Below are positions 28,995 through 38,195 of a DNA stretch of 60,088 nucleotides, piece after piece. This stretch comes from a virus (Duplodnaviria; Caudoviricetes): positions 1 to 60,088 of the IMG/VR virus record IMGVR_UViG_3300021963_006531, one strand, 5' to 3'. Position 1 is the first letter of the stretch. Each line of letters opens with the position of its first letter. The notes beneath the pieces are model-generated. The model did not search any database. It had not been told where the DNA came from and saw only the letters and a program-made list of their open reading frames with translations. The position numbers and the translations under genes were made by a program.

Positions 28995-29720
28995 TTATAA
29001 CGTGTCTCCGTAAAGTGCTAGTATTTCTTTTACAGCATCATGCCTTTCGATATCCTTAACATTAAATTCAACTAAATCTACGGCTCTATGGGTGTTAGTA
29101 GATTTGTATTTTTCAATAAAGTCAACTAGGCCGTTAGCTGTAGGACGGTCGGCTTGTTGCAGGTCGCCAGTGACCGCCATTTTGCTATTTTCTCCAAGTC
29201 TAGTTAGTAACATCTTCATTTGACTTGGCGTTGCGTTTTGCATTTCGTCAGCAATAATAAAACTGTTTTTAAAAGTCCTCCCTCTCATATAGGCCAATGG
29301 GCTAATTTCCAAGATTCCGTCTTCCATCATTCCTGCAATTTCTTGCGGAGTATAATGTTCTTCAAAGACGTCAAAAATGGGCCTAGTCCAAGGAGCCATT
29401 TTTTCATTCAACGTTCCAGGTAAGAATCCATGCTCTTCGTCAACACTGACTGCTGGGCGTGTTATAACTATTTTTTCGACAGTTCCTTCTTGCAATGATT
29501 TAATAGCCATTTGCACACCCAATAGAGTTTTGCCCGTTCCCGCAGGACCGATAGCAAATACTATATATTTTCGTGGATTTTTGAGCAGTTCTAAATAAGT
29601 TTCCTGCGATAAATTGCGAGGAACTATATGAACCTGACGTTTTTTGTGCTGAAATTTTTTAATCTCAATGAGATTGCTGTTTTGTGAACTGTTACGTTCA
29701 CGCTGTTTCGCTCTTGACAA
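28995..29720 (-). CDS. phoH: PhoH-family ATPase
   Basis: GPAGTGKT, ITRPAV, GFLPG, PLAYMRGRTF, DEMQN, GDLQQAD. Start placed at TTG 29720 behind AAGGAGG; minus-strand TAAATA at 29755-29760. Confidence 0.95.
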   Translation of the reverse strand: MSRAKQRERNSSQNSNLIEIKKFQHKKRQVHIVPRNLSQETYLELLKNPRKYIVFAIGPAGTGKTLLGVQMAIKSLQEGTVEKIVITRPAVSVDEEHGFLPGTLNEKMAPWTRPIFDVFEEHYTPQEIAGMMEDGILEISPLAYMRGRTFKNSFIIADEMQNATPSQMKMLLTRLGENSKMAVTGDLQQADRPTANGLVDFIEKYKSTNTHRAVDLVEFNVKDIERHDAVKEILALYGDTL

Positions 29721-29826
29721 TGAACACCTCCTTGTAAATCGCGACCTGCATTGATATTTAATCAGGTCTGAAAAAAGGCAGCTCATATACCCAAATTTTT
29801 TGCTAAATATCATTGAGGACTAAAAA

Positions 29827-30354
29827 ATGCTAGATATCATCGACGTAATTAAGAATACTAAAGAGGTTTATGGGGCAAATAGCAGTATCAGTATCTTGAA
29901 AGATTTCGAGAGGGTACTGGACGAGCTTGATTTGTATGTTTTTGAGAACTGGGAAGATGGCGAACTCGTTGAAGGCCCAATTGTCAATAGATATACAGTT
30001 GAATGCTCTTTTATGTGGCCGCATGATAAAATGCCTAATCCAGATGGTGGCAAACGTCTGTTAGATTACGACTGTAAAGTACTTTATAGAAAAGACAAAC
30101 TATTAAAACCACGCAAAGTATTAAGCCCTGACGACTATCGTCCAGGTAGTAAAAAAGGAAAAATTGACGAACACTCTGTTTGGGTAGTAACAATTTTAAT
30201 GCCTAAAAAATTAATGCAAGACATTTACCAAGGCTACGTTAAAAAAGAAAATGATAAAATGGCAGATGATATGAGAATTCAACAATCTTCCATTGGAGAG
30301 GCAATGCCTGATGCAAATGTAGAACAAAATGCGGAGATACAGCCAAATGCCTAA
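29827..30354 (+). CDS. Hypothetical phage protein
   Basis: TAAATA (29804-29809) and GAGGA upstream; typical codon usage. Confidence 0.75.
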   Translation: MLDIIDVIKNTKEVYGANSSISILKDFERVLDELDLYVFENWEDGELVEGPIVNRYTVECSFMWPHDKMPNPDGGKRLLDYDCKVLYRKDKLLKPRKVLSPDDYRPGSKKGKIDEHSVWVVTILMPKKLMQDIYQGYVKKENDKMADDMRIQQSSIGEAMPDANVEQNAEIQPNA

Positions 30355-31084
30355 ACAACTTAATGAAGGCTTAAAGGCCAAAGATTTAGAACATTTTGTT
30401 AATGATACATTTTTAGTTGACACCTATAAAAGTAAAATGGGTGAGGATAAAGATGTTTCAGTAATAAGCTTCAAAGTTAAGGATCGATTACCTGCATTAG
30501 ATTTAATGGAGTTTATTGAAAGAGGCTACGGATTTGTATTAGATGCAGACATAAGTAGCGGCGAAGAAGCAGACGGAAAATACAGTGTATTTGTTGAAAT
30601 TGAACGTGATCGAAAACTTGCAGAAAGAATTGAGGAAATTATCACTGGAGTAACTAAATTAACAGGCATTGATAATTGGCGTTTTAGATATCACAAAGAA
30701 TGGCAAGGAAAACCATATAGCATGGCGTTAATTGCTGAAACTATTCCATCAACTCCTGAAGCATACTTAATGTTTCTTCAAGAGTCCAAAAATGAAGAAG
30801 TGAAAACTTTTTTAAGTGATGTATTGTATGATGATATTGTTTTTGAAAATAACATTATGACAATATATAGACCGTTTGTTGACGGTCTAAAATTTCAAAT
30901 TCGTAACATTGGTGATTACAAAACAGTTATGAATGAAAGCAATGCTGATATTAAACTAGACGAGCAATCTAATGCTCAGACTGTCTTCTTAAGTAAAATT
31001 TTTAAAAATTATGAAGTAATTAAATTAGGTGAAAATTTTATGATTAGAAGAAATGATCAGTCAATACTAGTCAAACCACTATGA
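30347..31084 (+). CDS. Hypothetical phage protein
   Basis: ATG 30347 behind GGAG overlaps the upstream stop; N-terminus MPKQLNEGL. Confidence 0.7.
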   Translation: MPKQLNEGLKAKDLEHFVNDTFLVDTYKSKMGEDKDVSVISFKVKDRLPALDLMEFIERGYGFVLDADISSGEEADGKYSVFVEIERDRKLAERIEEIITGVTKLTGIDNWRFRYHKEWQGKPYSMALIAETIPSTPEAYLMFLQESKNEEVKTFLSDVLYDDIVFENNIMTIYRPFVDGLKFQIRNIGDYKTVMNESNADIKLDEQSNAQTVFLSKIFKNYEVIKLGENFMIRRNDQSILVKPL

Positions 31085-31093
31085 GGGCGAAAA

Positions 31094-31732
31094 ATGAGTT
31101 TTACATTTGATTTTAGAAAAGACCAACTAGCACAAATTATTCCTGGCAATCCTTATTTGGATCACTGGTTCCATGCACTGGAAGAAATTTTACCGGAATA
31201 CGAAATTAATACACCACAACGTGTGGCTGCTTTCTTAGCACAATGCGCTCACGAGTCGGGCGGCTTCCGTGCATTAAAAGAAAACTTAAATTACAAAGCC
31301 GCAACATTGCGTAAAATTTTTCCTAAGTATTTTCCAGATGATGCCATAGCTAATCGTTACGCCAGTTTGCCAAATAAACAAGAAGCTATCGCTAATCGTG
31401 TTTATTGCAATCGTATGGGTAACGGTGACGAAGCTAGCGGTGACGGTTATCGTTACTGTGGTCGTGGATTAATTCAGTTAACTGGTAAAGACAATTATAC
31501 TTGGTTTGCTGCCAGTTTAGAAATACCAGTTGAAGAAGCCGCAGAATATTTGCAGACATTTGAAGGCGCTGTACAAAGTGCTTGCTGGTTCTGGGAAACT
31601 AATAATTTAAATGTCCAAGCAGATGCAGGCGATATTAAGTTAATGACCAAAAAAATCAACGGCGGCTACATTGGATTAGATGACCGCGTCAAGCATTACA
31701 ATCACGCACTACACGTTTTTGGAGCACACTAA
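31094..31732 (+). CDS. Glycoside hydrolase family 19 endolysin
   Basis: AAFLAQCAHESGGF...ENLNY...GDGYRYCGRGLIQLTGKDNY...SACWFW...TKKINGG-x-x-GL-x-DR. Confidence 0.92.
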   Translation: MSFTFDFRKDQLAQIIPGNPYLDHWFHALEEILPEYEINTPQRVAAFLAQCAHESGGFRALKENLNYKAATLRKIFPKYFPDDAIANRYASLPNKQEAIANRVYCNRMGNGDEASGDGYRYCGRGLIQLTGKDNYTWFAASLEIPVEEAAEYLQTFEGAVQSACWFWETNNLNVQADAGDIKLMTKKINGGYIGLDDRVKHYNHALHVFGAH

Positions 31733-31733
31733 T

Positions 31734-32216
31734 ATGTGGCAATTTCAATGGATGTTAAGTTTAATTCCAGATAGTATTTTTGTTTGGATAACTTACATTT
31801 TGATGATCATTGGTGCTGGATTATACGTGGCCAGCAAATTAGTTAAATGGATTCCATTGATGGGACAATATAAACTCCCAGCAGAATTAATTGGTATTAT
31901 AGTATTATTAGCTGGTACATATCTATTTGGTGGCTACGGAGTAGAGATGAGCTGGAGAGATAAAGTAAAGCAACTTGAAGAAAAAATTAGAATAGCAGAA
32001 GAAAAAAGTGCTCAAGTTAATACCGTTATACAAGAAAAAATTGTATATAAAACTAAAGTTATTAAACAAAAAGAAATTGAGTACATTGATCGAATCAAAG
32101 AAGTAGAAAAAATAATCGATGCAAAGTGCGAAGTTGATCCTGTTGCTATTGACATTCTTAACAAAGCGGCTAGTGATCCAACTAAATCAGAAACTAATTC
32201 AGGAGAAACAAAATGA
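31734..32216 (+). CDS. Membrane-anchored coiled-coil protein, probable i-spanin (Rz-like)
   Basis: Two hydrophobic helices then a coiled coil with one Cys; sits between the endolysin and a lipoprotein. Confidence 0.6.
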   Translation: MWQFQWMLSLIPDSIFVWITYILMIIGAGLYVASKLVKWIPLMGQYKLPAELIGIIVLLAGTYLFGGYGVEMSWRDKVKQLEEKIRIAEEKSAQVNTVIQEKIVYKTKVIKQKEIEYIDRIKEVEKIIDAKCEVDPVAIDILNKAASDPTKSETNSGETK

Positions 32217-32476
32217 AATATTTGCTTGTTTCGCTTGTATTTTTGACCGGCTGTTCTACTACAGTTCCAGTAACATTAAAATTTCCTACTATTCCTCCAG
32301 AGCTTGCAGAAGCATGTCCTGAACTAGAAAAAACTCCAGAAGGAACTACTCAGTTAAGCAAAACTTTAGAAGTCGTAGTGAGGAATTACAGTAAGTATCA
32401 TCAATGTAAAACCAAAGTTGATGCCTGGAACGAGTGGTATCAGGAAAACAAGAAAATTTACGATTCAATTAAATAG
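32213..32476 (+). CDS. Lipoprotein, probable o-spanin (Rz1-like)
   Basis: Lipobox LTGC, Pro-rich segment and Cys pair; ATGA overlap with the Rz-like gene. Confidence 0.65.
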   Translation: MKYLLVSLVFLTGCSTTVPVTLKFPTIPPELAEACPELEKTPEGTTQLSKTLEVVVRNYSKYHQCKTKVDAWNEWYQENKKIYDSIK

Positions 32477-32497
32477 TAGCATATAAAGGAGCAACAA

Positions 32498-33061
32498 ATG
32501 GCATTACATGATACCATTTTAAAGATGATTAATAAAGAACCAAAAGATGAGGGTGCACCAAAACCCCCAGCAGGTTCACGTAGCGAGCGAGAAGCAAAAA
32601 TAAAAGACAAGGCAGGTATGGTCATTTCTGTATTTGCGTTGTTCTTAGCAGTAAATTCATGGTACGGTGGCAAGTTATCTAGCACAGTATTAAACAATAC
32701 ACTAGGTGCTAACAATGCTTGGGCACAATATCAAGCAAAAAATAACCGTTTAGTAAGTTATGAAATTGCCAGCAAGACAACTAGTGACCCTGCTCTAAAG
32801 AAAGAATTTAAAGCAGAAGCAGAACGTATGGACGGCGATAAGAAAGAAATTGCTGTTAATGCACGTAAGATGGAAGCAGATCGCGAACTAGCCAAGAAGT
32901 CTAGTCCATGGATTGGCTATGCATCAACAGCATACCAACTAGCCATTGTTGTATTATCAGCAAGTATTTTAGCAGTTAGTATGCCTATGTTTTGGGCAAG
33001 TTTTGCAGTAGCAGGTGTTGGGTTATTTTTAAGTGCCCAAGGCGTGTTACTATTTTTATAA
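32498..33061 (+). CDS. Membrane protein (DUF4337-like)
   Basis: TM helix, W-x-x-YQAK, coiled coil, then QLAIVVLSASIL and two TM helices; TAAATA at 32470-32475 and AAGGAG upstream. Confidence 0.6.
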   Translation: MALHDTILKMINKEPKDEGAPKPPAGSRSEREAKIKDKAGMVISVFALFLAVNSWYGGKLSSTVLNNTLGANNAWAQYQAKNNRLVSYEIASKTTSDPALKKEFKAEAERMDGDKKEIAVNARKMEADRELAKKSSPWIGYASTAYQLAIVVLSASILAVSMPMFWASFAVAGVGLFLSAQGVLLFL

Positions 33062-33078
33062 AAGGTTAGGAGCGACAA

Positions 33079-33600
33079 ATGAGCGAAGAAGTTAAAAGCG
33101 CAAGCGAACAGAAAAAAGAAGATTGGATGAATAGCAAATGGCGTCCAATGATGGGATGGATGTACATGGTTGTCTGTATGATGGACATGGTTGTATTTCC
33201 AATTTTATGGAGTTTACTACAAACCCTAACACATACCCAAATTACACAATGGAATCCATTAACATTACAAGGTGCTGGATTATTCCATATCGCAATGGGT
33301 GCTGTATTAGGTATTGCGGCATTTGGTCGTACACAAGAAAAATTAGGCGGAGCAAACAATGGCGGAGCACAAGTACCATCAAGCAACTTTACAGCACCTA
33401 GCGCACCTTCGTCAGGATTTGGCGCACCAACTACGCCAAGTTTCGGAGCACCAAGCACCCCAAGTAGCTTTGGCGGAGGCAGCTTTGGAGGCGCACCTAG
33501 CAAACCAGCAAGTGCTCCAACGTATAGTGCTCCAACATCAGTAATGACTAGTAGTACTGGAAAACCAATGCCAGTACAACCTGACCAACCAGAACTCTAA
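33079..33600 (+). CDS. Holin of the 3TM GTA-release family with low-complexity C-terminal tail
   Basis: W-x-x-x-x-WRP-x-x-GW and AVLGIAAFGRTQEK; lysis cassette context. Confidence 0.7.
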   Translation: MSEEVKSASEQKKEDWMNSKWRPMMGWMYMVVCMMDMVVFPILWSLLQTLTHTQITQWNPLTLQGAGLFHIAMGAVLGIAAFGRTQEKLGGANNGGAQVPSSNFTAPSAPSSGFGAPTTPSFGAPSTPSSFGGGSFGGAPSKPASAPTYSAPTSVMTSSTGKPMPVQPDQPEL

Positions 33601-33612
33601 AAGGAGAGTATT

Positions 33613-33861
33613 ATGAAAAAATTAGTAGCATTGTTAGTAGCTTCAGTATTTGCTATGCCAATTATGGCAGCAGATGCTCCTGCGAAACCAGAAACCAAAA
33701 AAGTTTGTGTAATGCAAAAAGATGCTAAAACTGGAAAAGAAAAAGAAGTTTGTAAGAATGTAAAAATCCATAAAAAGCATGAAGGCACAAAACCTGAAGA
33801 TGTTAAAAAAGCTGAACCAGCTAAAAAAGAACCAGCTAAAAAGGACGCTGTTAAGAAATGA
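33613..33861 (+). CDS. Small exported Lys-rich protein
   Basis: Sec signal peptide MKKLVALLVASVFAMPIMA, Cys pair, EPAKK repeat. Confidence 0.7.
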   Translation: MKKLVALLVASVFAMPIMAADAPAKPETKKVCVMQKDAKTGKEKEVCKNVKIHKKHEGTKPEDVKKAEPAKKEPAKKDAVKK

Positions 33862-34250
33862 AAAAATTCCTTATTGCAATCAGTATTGTTAGTTTAACAG
33901 GCTGTGCTAGTATTAAGGAAATTATCCCTAGCTTTTCAGATCCAAATCAATCTGCTAAAATTATTGATGTAAGACAAAGTGTGGAGCAACTAGATTGCAA
34001 ACAAGTCCATGCTCCACAAGCTAAAAAAATCAAAGATAATTTAGATTGGTTTGAATTATATTCTGTAAGTAAAGGATGGCGTCAAAATGATGTTCTCAAA
34101 TTGATTAAACCAATGCAAGAAACTGTAGATGAATTTTACAAGCGTAGTACTGCTGAAAAACAAGGTTCAGATGCATATTGTGAAATCAAAAAGAAAGTCA
34201 TGAAAGTTCAAGCTGAAAAAGCCGCAACGGCAATATTAGGGAGATTCTAA
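33858..34250 (+). CDS. Lipoprotein of unknown function
   Basis: MKKFLIAISIVSLTGC lipobox. Confidence 0.75.
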   Translation: MKKFLIAISIVSLTGCASIKEIIPSFSDPNQSAKIIDVRQSVEQLDCKQVHAPQAKKIKDNLDWFELYSVSKGWRQNDVLKLIKPMQETVDEFYKRSTAEKQGSDAYCEIKKKVMKVQAEKAATAILGRF

Positions 34251-34481
34251 ATGATTAATGATTTGATTACATTATCACAAGACAATGGTCCAATTGGTGA
34301 GAGAGCAAGAATTGCTTTACAGTTAACTGAGCAAGTTAATAGACAAGAAATTAGCGCAGACGAGTATCAAGAATTAATGAGAGACTTGACGAGGTTAGAT
34401 GAAGTTACCGAGCAATCAAGTTCTATTGAAATGAAAACTATGTTAGTTTCTGCTATCTATGTAGTTGCTCAATTAGCATAA
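34251..34481 (+). CDS. Hypothetical protein
   Basis: Abuts upstream stop, GGAG RBS, followed by a terminator. Confidence 0.65.
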   Translation: MINDLITLSQDNGPIGERARIALQLTEQVNRQEISADEYQELMRDLTRLDEVTEQSSSIEMKTMLVSAIYVVAQLA

Positions 34482-34500
34482 CAATGTTCTTTAACTTTCA

Positions 34501-34528
34501 AAAGGCAGCTTGACAGTTGCCTTTCTTT
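34501..34528 (+). terminator. Intrinsic terminator whose loop carries a -35 box
   Basis: AAAGGCAGCT-TGAC-AGTTGCCTTT followed by CTTT. Confidence 0.75.
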
Positions 34529-34538
34529 GTTATATAAT
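34510..34538 (+). promoter_or_regulatory. Perfect-consensus sigma70 promoter for a probably leaderless dnaJ
   Basis: TTGACA (34510-34515), 17 nt, TATAAT (34533-34538), 6 nt, ATG 34545. Confidence 0.88.
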
Positions 34539-34544
34539 AGTGCT

Positions 34545-35411
34545 ATGAAAGATTATTATGGAATATTGGGCGTACCAAAAACAGCAACACAGGATGATAT
34601 AAAAAAAGCCTTTAGAAAAATGGCTATGAAACATCACCCTGACCGCGGGGGCGACCAAGGTAAATTTAAAGAGATAAACGAAGCTCACGACATATTGAGC
34701 GACAACGACAAACGTATGATGGTAGATCAAGGAATTGATCCACTTAATCCAAATCAACGACAAGGACAGCATTTCCATAGTAGCGGTAGTCCTTTTGAAT
34801 TCCATTTTGGTGGTCATCCGCACATGGATGATATTTTAAGAGGGTTTGGATTTAACTTTGGTGGTCCACAATGGGGCAACCAACCTCCTAGAAAAAATAA
34901 ATCTCTTAATATTAATCTAAATGTTAGTTTAGAGGAAGTTTATACAGGGGTTACTAAAGAGTTAGAATTAACTTATCCTGGTAATAATGTAAGGTCTATT
35001 AAAATAGAAATCCCTAAAGGTGTAGACAATGGGGTAACTATTAGATATGAGGGCATGGGAGATAGGTCAAATGTTGGGTTTCCTCCTGGGGATCTTTTAG
35101 TAAATATCAATGTCATGCCACATCCTGCATTTGTTAGAGAAGGAATGAATTTATTAAGAGATGTGATGGTAGATTGTTTTTCAGCAATTACAGGCACAAG
35201 CGTAGCATTTGTCACTTTAGATGGTAGAAGACTTGAAGTCACTATCCCACCTGGAGTGCAATCTGGAACTACACTTGGATTAAAAAATGAAGGTATGAAA
35301 GACAATAAAGGTAACGTAGGAAAACTTTATGTAAGAGTCAATATACAAATTCCTACACATCTGTCAACAGAAGTTCTTGATTTAGTTGAGCAAATAAAAA
35401 ATAAAATTTAA
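34545..35411 (+). CDS. dnaJ: DnaJ-class (CbpA-like, no zinc finger) co-chaperone
   Basis: KDYYGILGV...IKKAFRKMAMKHHPDRGG J-domain, G/F-rich region, C-terminal domain with GDLLV and HP-x-F-x-REG; no CxxCxGxG repeats. Confidence 0.92.
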   Translation: MKDYYGILGVPKTATQDDIKKAFRKMAMKHHPDRGGDQGKFKEINEAHDILSDNDKRMMVDQGIDPLNPNQRQGQHFHSSGSPFEFHFGGHPHMDDILRGFGFNFGGPQWGNQPPRKNKSLNINLNVSLEEVYTGVTKELELTYPGNNVRSIKIEIPKGVDNGVTIRYEGMGDRSNVGFPPGDLLVNINVMPHPAFVREGMNLLRDVMVDCFSAITGTSVAFVTLDGRRLEVTIPPGVQSGTTLGLKNEGMKDNKGNVGKLYVRVNIQIPTHLSTEVLDLVEQIKNKI

Positions 35412-35419
35412 ATACTAGT

Positions 35420-35926
35420 ATGGCATTAACAATAATAAAATATCCAAATCCAATATTAGATGAAGTCATGCCAGATTTTGACTTTGAAAATCCAATAATG
35501 GATCCTAAAGAATTAGAAATAGACATGCTGGCTTGCATGTTTGCCAATAATGGGATTGGGCTTGCGGCTCCGCAAGTAGGTATCAAAACTAGAGTGTTTA
35601 CCATGGGACATGTTTCCATGCCTGAAAATAGTTTTGCAGTATTCAATCCAGTTATTGTTGATTGCAGTACTGATATACGTATGCTAGAAGAAGGATGTTT
35701 AAGTTTTCCTGGAGTCTACGCTAATGTTAAGCGACCATCGTGAATAGTTGCTGAGTACTTTGATAAGAATGGAGAAAAGAAAACAGATAAACTTGAAGGG
35801 TATAACTGTGTTTGTTTCTTACATGAAATGGACCACTTAAACGGAGTAGTTTTTAAGGATAGACTTAGTCAGTTAAAATGGGCGTTGGCTATTAAAAAAT
35901 CAAAGAAGGTAAAACATTATGCTTGA
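35420..35926 (+). CDS. def: Peptide deformylase interrupted by one in-frame TGA at 35741-35743 (readthrough, nonsense allele or sequence error)
   Basis: GIGLAAPQVG and EGCLSFPG precede the TGA. The same frame continues IVAEYFDKNGEKKTDKLEGYNCVCFLHEMDHLNGVVFKDRLSQLKWALAIKKSKKVKHYA to a stop at 35926, supplying the HExxH motif (168 codons including the TGA). Confidence 0.9.
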
Positions 35927-38195
35927 ACCAAACGAAGAATTAGAACAAATTTTTGAAAATGCTGTACTGACAGCCATAAACCATAAACACCAATACATTA
36001 CATTAGAGCATTTCCTCTATAGTATGGTTCGTAATCCAACTTTTAATCGTATTCTAACTGACTATGGTATTAAAGTTGACGATTTAGTTTCTAAATTAGA
36101 AAATTATATTAACAACGAGCTTATTAGTATTGTTGACATAGATTTAAATTCTAGACCAAAGAAAACAAATAGCGTAGAAAGAATGCTTAACAGAGCATTC
36201 ACACAAACACTATTTGCTGGAAGAACCACTATTGAACCATTAGATTGTTTCCTAAGCATATTACACGAAAAGAAAAGTCATGCTGCCTTCTATCTACGTA
36301 GTTCTGGGATTGAAAAAGACAAATTTATTGATTACTTAAACAAAGAGAATTTAAATCAATTGGGTGAAGAAAATGAAAATGTTCCTGAAAACAAACTAGA
36401 AGCTATCATTAATAATTTCTGTACCAATCTAAATAACAAGGTTAAACAAAAACAAATTGACCCAGTTATTGGTCGTGATAAAGAAATTGAGGAGATGCAA
36501 TTAGTACTTGCGAGACGTCACAAAGCCAATGTTATGTTGATTGGAGATCCAGGTGTTGGTAAAACTGCGCTTGCAGAAGGGTTAGCACGTAAGATTGTTG
36601 AAGGCAATGTCCCTAAGTTTATTCAAGACCATACAGTTTATACATTAGATATTAGTTCATTGCTTGCTGGTTCTAAGTATCGAGGAGATTTTGAAGAACG
36701 TCTTAAAACTGTACTTACTGCTATACAAAAACGTAAGAAAGCAATCTTGTTTATTGATGAAGCGCACATGATGAACGGTGCTGGTGCATCAAGCGGTCAA
36801 AGTAATGATATGGCAAATATGTTAAAACCTGCTTTAGCCAAAGGCGGATTTAAGGTTATTGCATCTACTACATGGGAAGAATATCGTAAACACTTTGAAA
36901 AGGATCGTGCGCTAATGCGTCGATTCCAACGTGTAACTATTGACGAGCCTAATGAAGAAACATGTATTAAGATTCTAAAAGGTCTTCGCAAATATTACGA
37001 AAAACACCATGGTGTTAAGATCACCAATCAAGCTATTCTTGATAGTGTCAAATATTCTATCAAATATATGAGTGATAAAAAGCTACCTGATAAGGCCATT
37101 GACTTGATAGATTGTGCATCAGCACGTTTTAAAGTTAAAGATGAAGAAGGCGGAGTAGTTGATCACGATGAGATTGTATTTGAAGTGGCAAAGATTACAG
37201 GACTCCCCTTGGAACAGATTGCCGCAAAAGAAACCAAAGTCTTACATGATTTAGAAACAAGTATTAAGTCGGAAGTATTTGGACAGGATACAGCAGTTGA
37301 ATCATTGCTAGACAAGATTTACATTGCACAAGCTGGTTTGAAATCACACAATAAGCCCGTTGGTAGTTTCTTATTTGTAGGACCAACTGGTTGTGGTAAA
37401 ACTGAAACTGCAAAGGTACTATCTGAAAAAATGGGTGTCAAACTTATTCGATTTGACATGAGTGAATTCCAAGAGAAACACTCCGTTGCTAAATTTATTG
37501 GTGCTCCTCCAGGATATGTAGGTTTTGAAGATAACGCAGGACAGTTAATTACTACTCTGCAAGAAAATCCAAATTGTGTATTATTGTTAGACGAAATTGA
37601 AAAAGCACACCCAGATGTAAGTAATGTATTACTTCAATTAATGGATAACGGTTTCGTAACTGGGTCCAACGGTAAGAAAGCAGATGCACGTAACGCTATT
37701 CTTATTATGACCAGTAATCTAGGCGCCGCTGATGGTGAGAAGAAGAACATTGGATTTGGTAATCAAGATAAGTTAGGTACTACTGACGAAGCGGTCAATA
37801 AATTCTTTGCTCCTGAATTTCGCAATCGTTTAGATGGCATTATTAAGTTTAAGAAACTTGAACATAGTGTTATGATTAAAGTAGTAGACAAGTTTATCAA
37901 AGAAATGAATTCTTTAGTTTCTGATAAAAATGTGTTTGTACAGTTAACTGATAGCACTAAAGAATTCTTAATTGAAAAAGGATTTGATCCTAAGATGGGT
38001 GCTAGACCAATGCAACGAGTAATTGATGATAAAATTAAGCGTCCTCTAAGTAGAGAGATCTTATTTGGTCGATTAATCAACGGTGGTATTGTACAAGTAG
38101 CGTATGTAAACAATGATCTAGTATTTGAATATATGGATCCACTACCAATTGCACCAAGTGTACCAGTTCAAGATGAAGAAATCATTGAAGATTAA
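35919..38195 (+). CDS. clpA: ATP-dependent Clp protease ATP-binding subunit ClpA
   Basis: Clp N-domain (HQYITLEHFL), AAA1 GDPGVGKT/FIDEAH, AAA2 GPTGCGKT/LLDEIEKAHPDV, IGF ClpP-docking loop, MGARP; no ClpB middle domain. Confidence 0.93.
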   Translation: MLEPNEELEQIFENAVLTAINHKHQYITLEHFLYSMVRNPTFNRILTDYGIKVDDLVSKLENYINNELISIVDIDLNSRPKKTNSVERMLNRAFTQTLFAGRTTIEPLDCFLSILHEKKSHAAFYLRSSGIEKDKFIDYLNKENLNQLGEENENVPENKLEAIINNFCTNLNNKVKQKQIDPVIGRDKEIEEMQLVLARRHKANVMLIGDPGVGKTALAEGLARKIVEGNVPKFIQDHTVYTLDISSLLAGSKYRGDFEERLKTVLTAIQKRKKAILFIDEAHMMNGAGASSGQSNDMANMLKPALAKGGFKVIASTTWEEYRKHFEKDRALMRRFQRVTIDEPNEETCIKILKGLRKYYEKHHGVKITNQAILDSVKYSIKYMSDKKLPDKAIDLIDCASARFKVKDEEGGVVDHDEIVFEVAKITGLPLEQIAAKETKVLHDLETSIKSEVFGQDTAVESLLDKIYIAQAGLKSHNKPVGSFLFVGPTGCGKTETAKVLSEKMGVKLIRFDMSEFQEKHSVAKFIGAPPGYVGFEDNAGQLITTLQENPNCVLLLDEIEKAHPDVSNVLLQLMDNGFVTGSNGKKADARNAILIMTSNLGAADGEKKNIGFGNQDKLGTTDEAVNKFFAPEFRNRLDGIIKFKKLEHSVMIKVVDKFIKEMNSLVSDKNVFVQLTDSTKEFLIEKGFDPKMGARPMQRVIDDKIKRPLSREILFGRLINGGIVQVAYVNNDLVFEYMDPLPIAPSVPVQDEEIIED

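Noticed and set aside
29721-29813. Listed N-terminal extensions of phoH, and similarly of dnaJ, the polymerase, the glycosyltransferase, dps and the 941-1330 ORF
   Set aside because: The extensions run through promoters, RBSs or neighbouring genes; downstream starts fit the RBS or promoter spacing and the family N-termini better.
35741-35743. Genome-wide TGA-to-Trp recoding (code 4) or selenocysteine
   Set aside because: Many genes end at TGA with ATGA coupling and complete C-termini, and Trp is encoded by TGG throughout. The TGA is not at the metal-binding Cys of EGCLS, and I see no SECIS-like hairpin after it.
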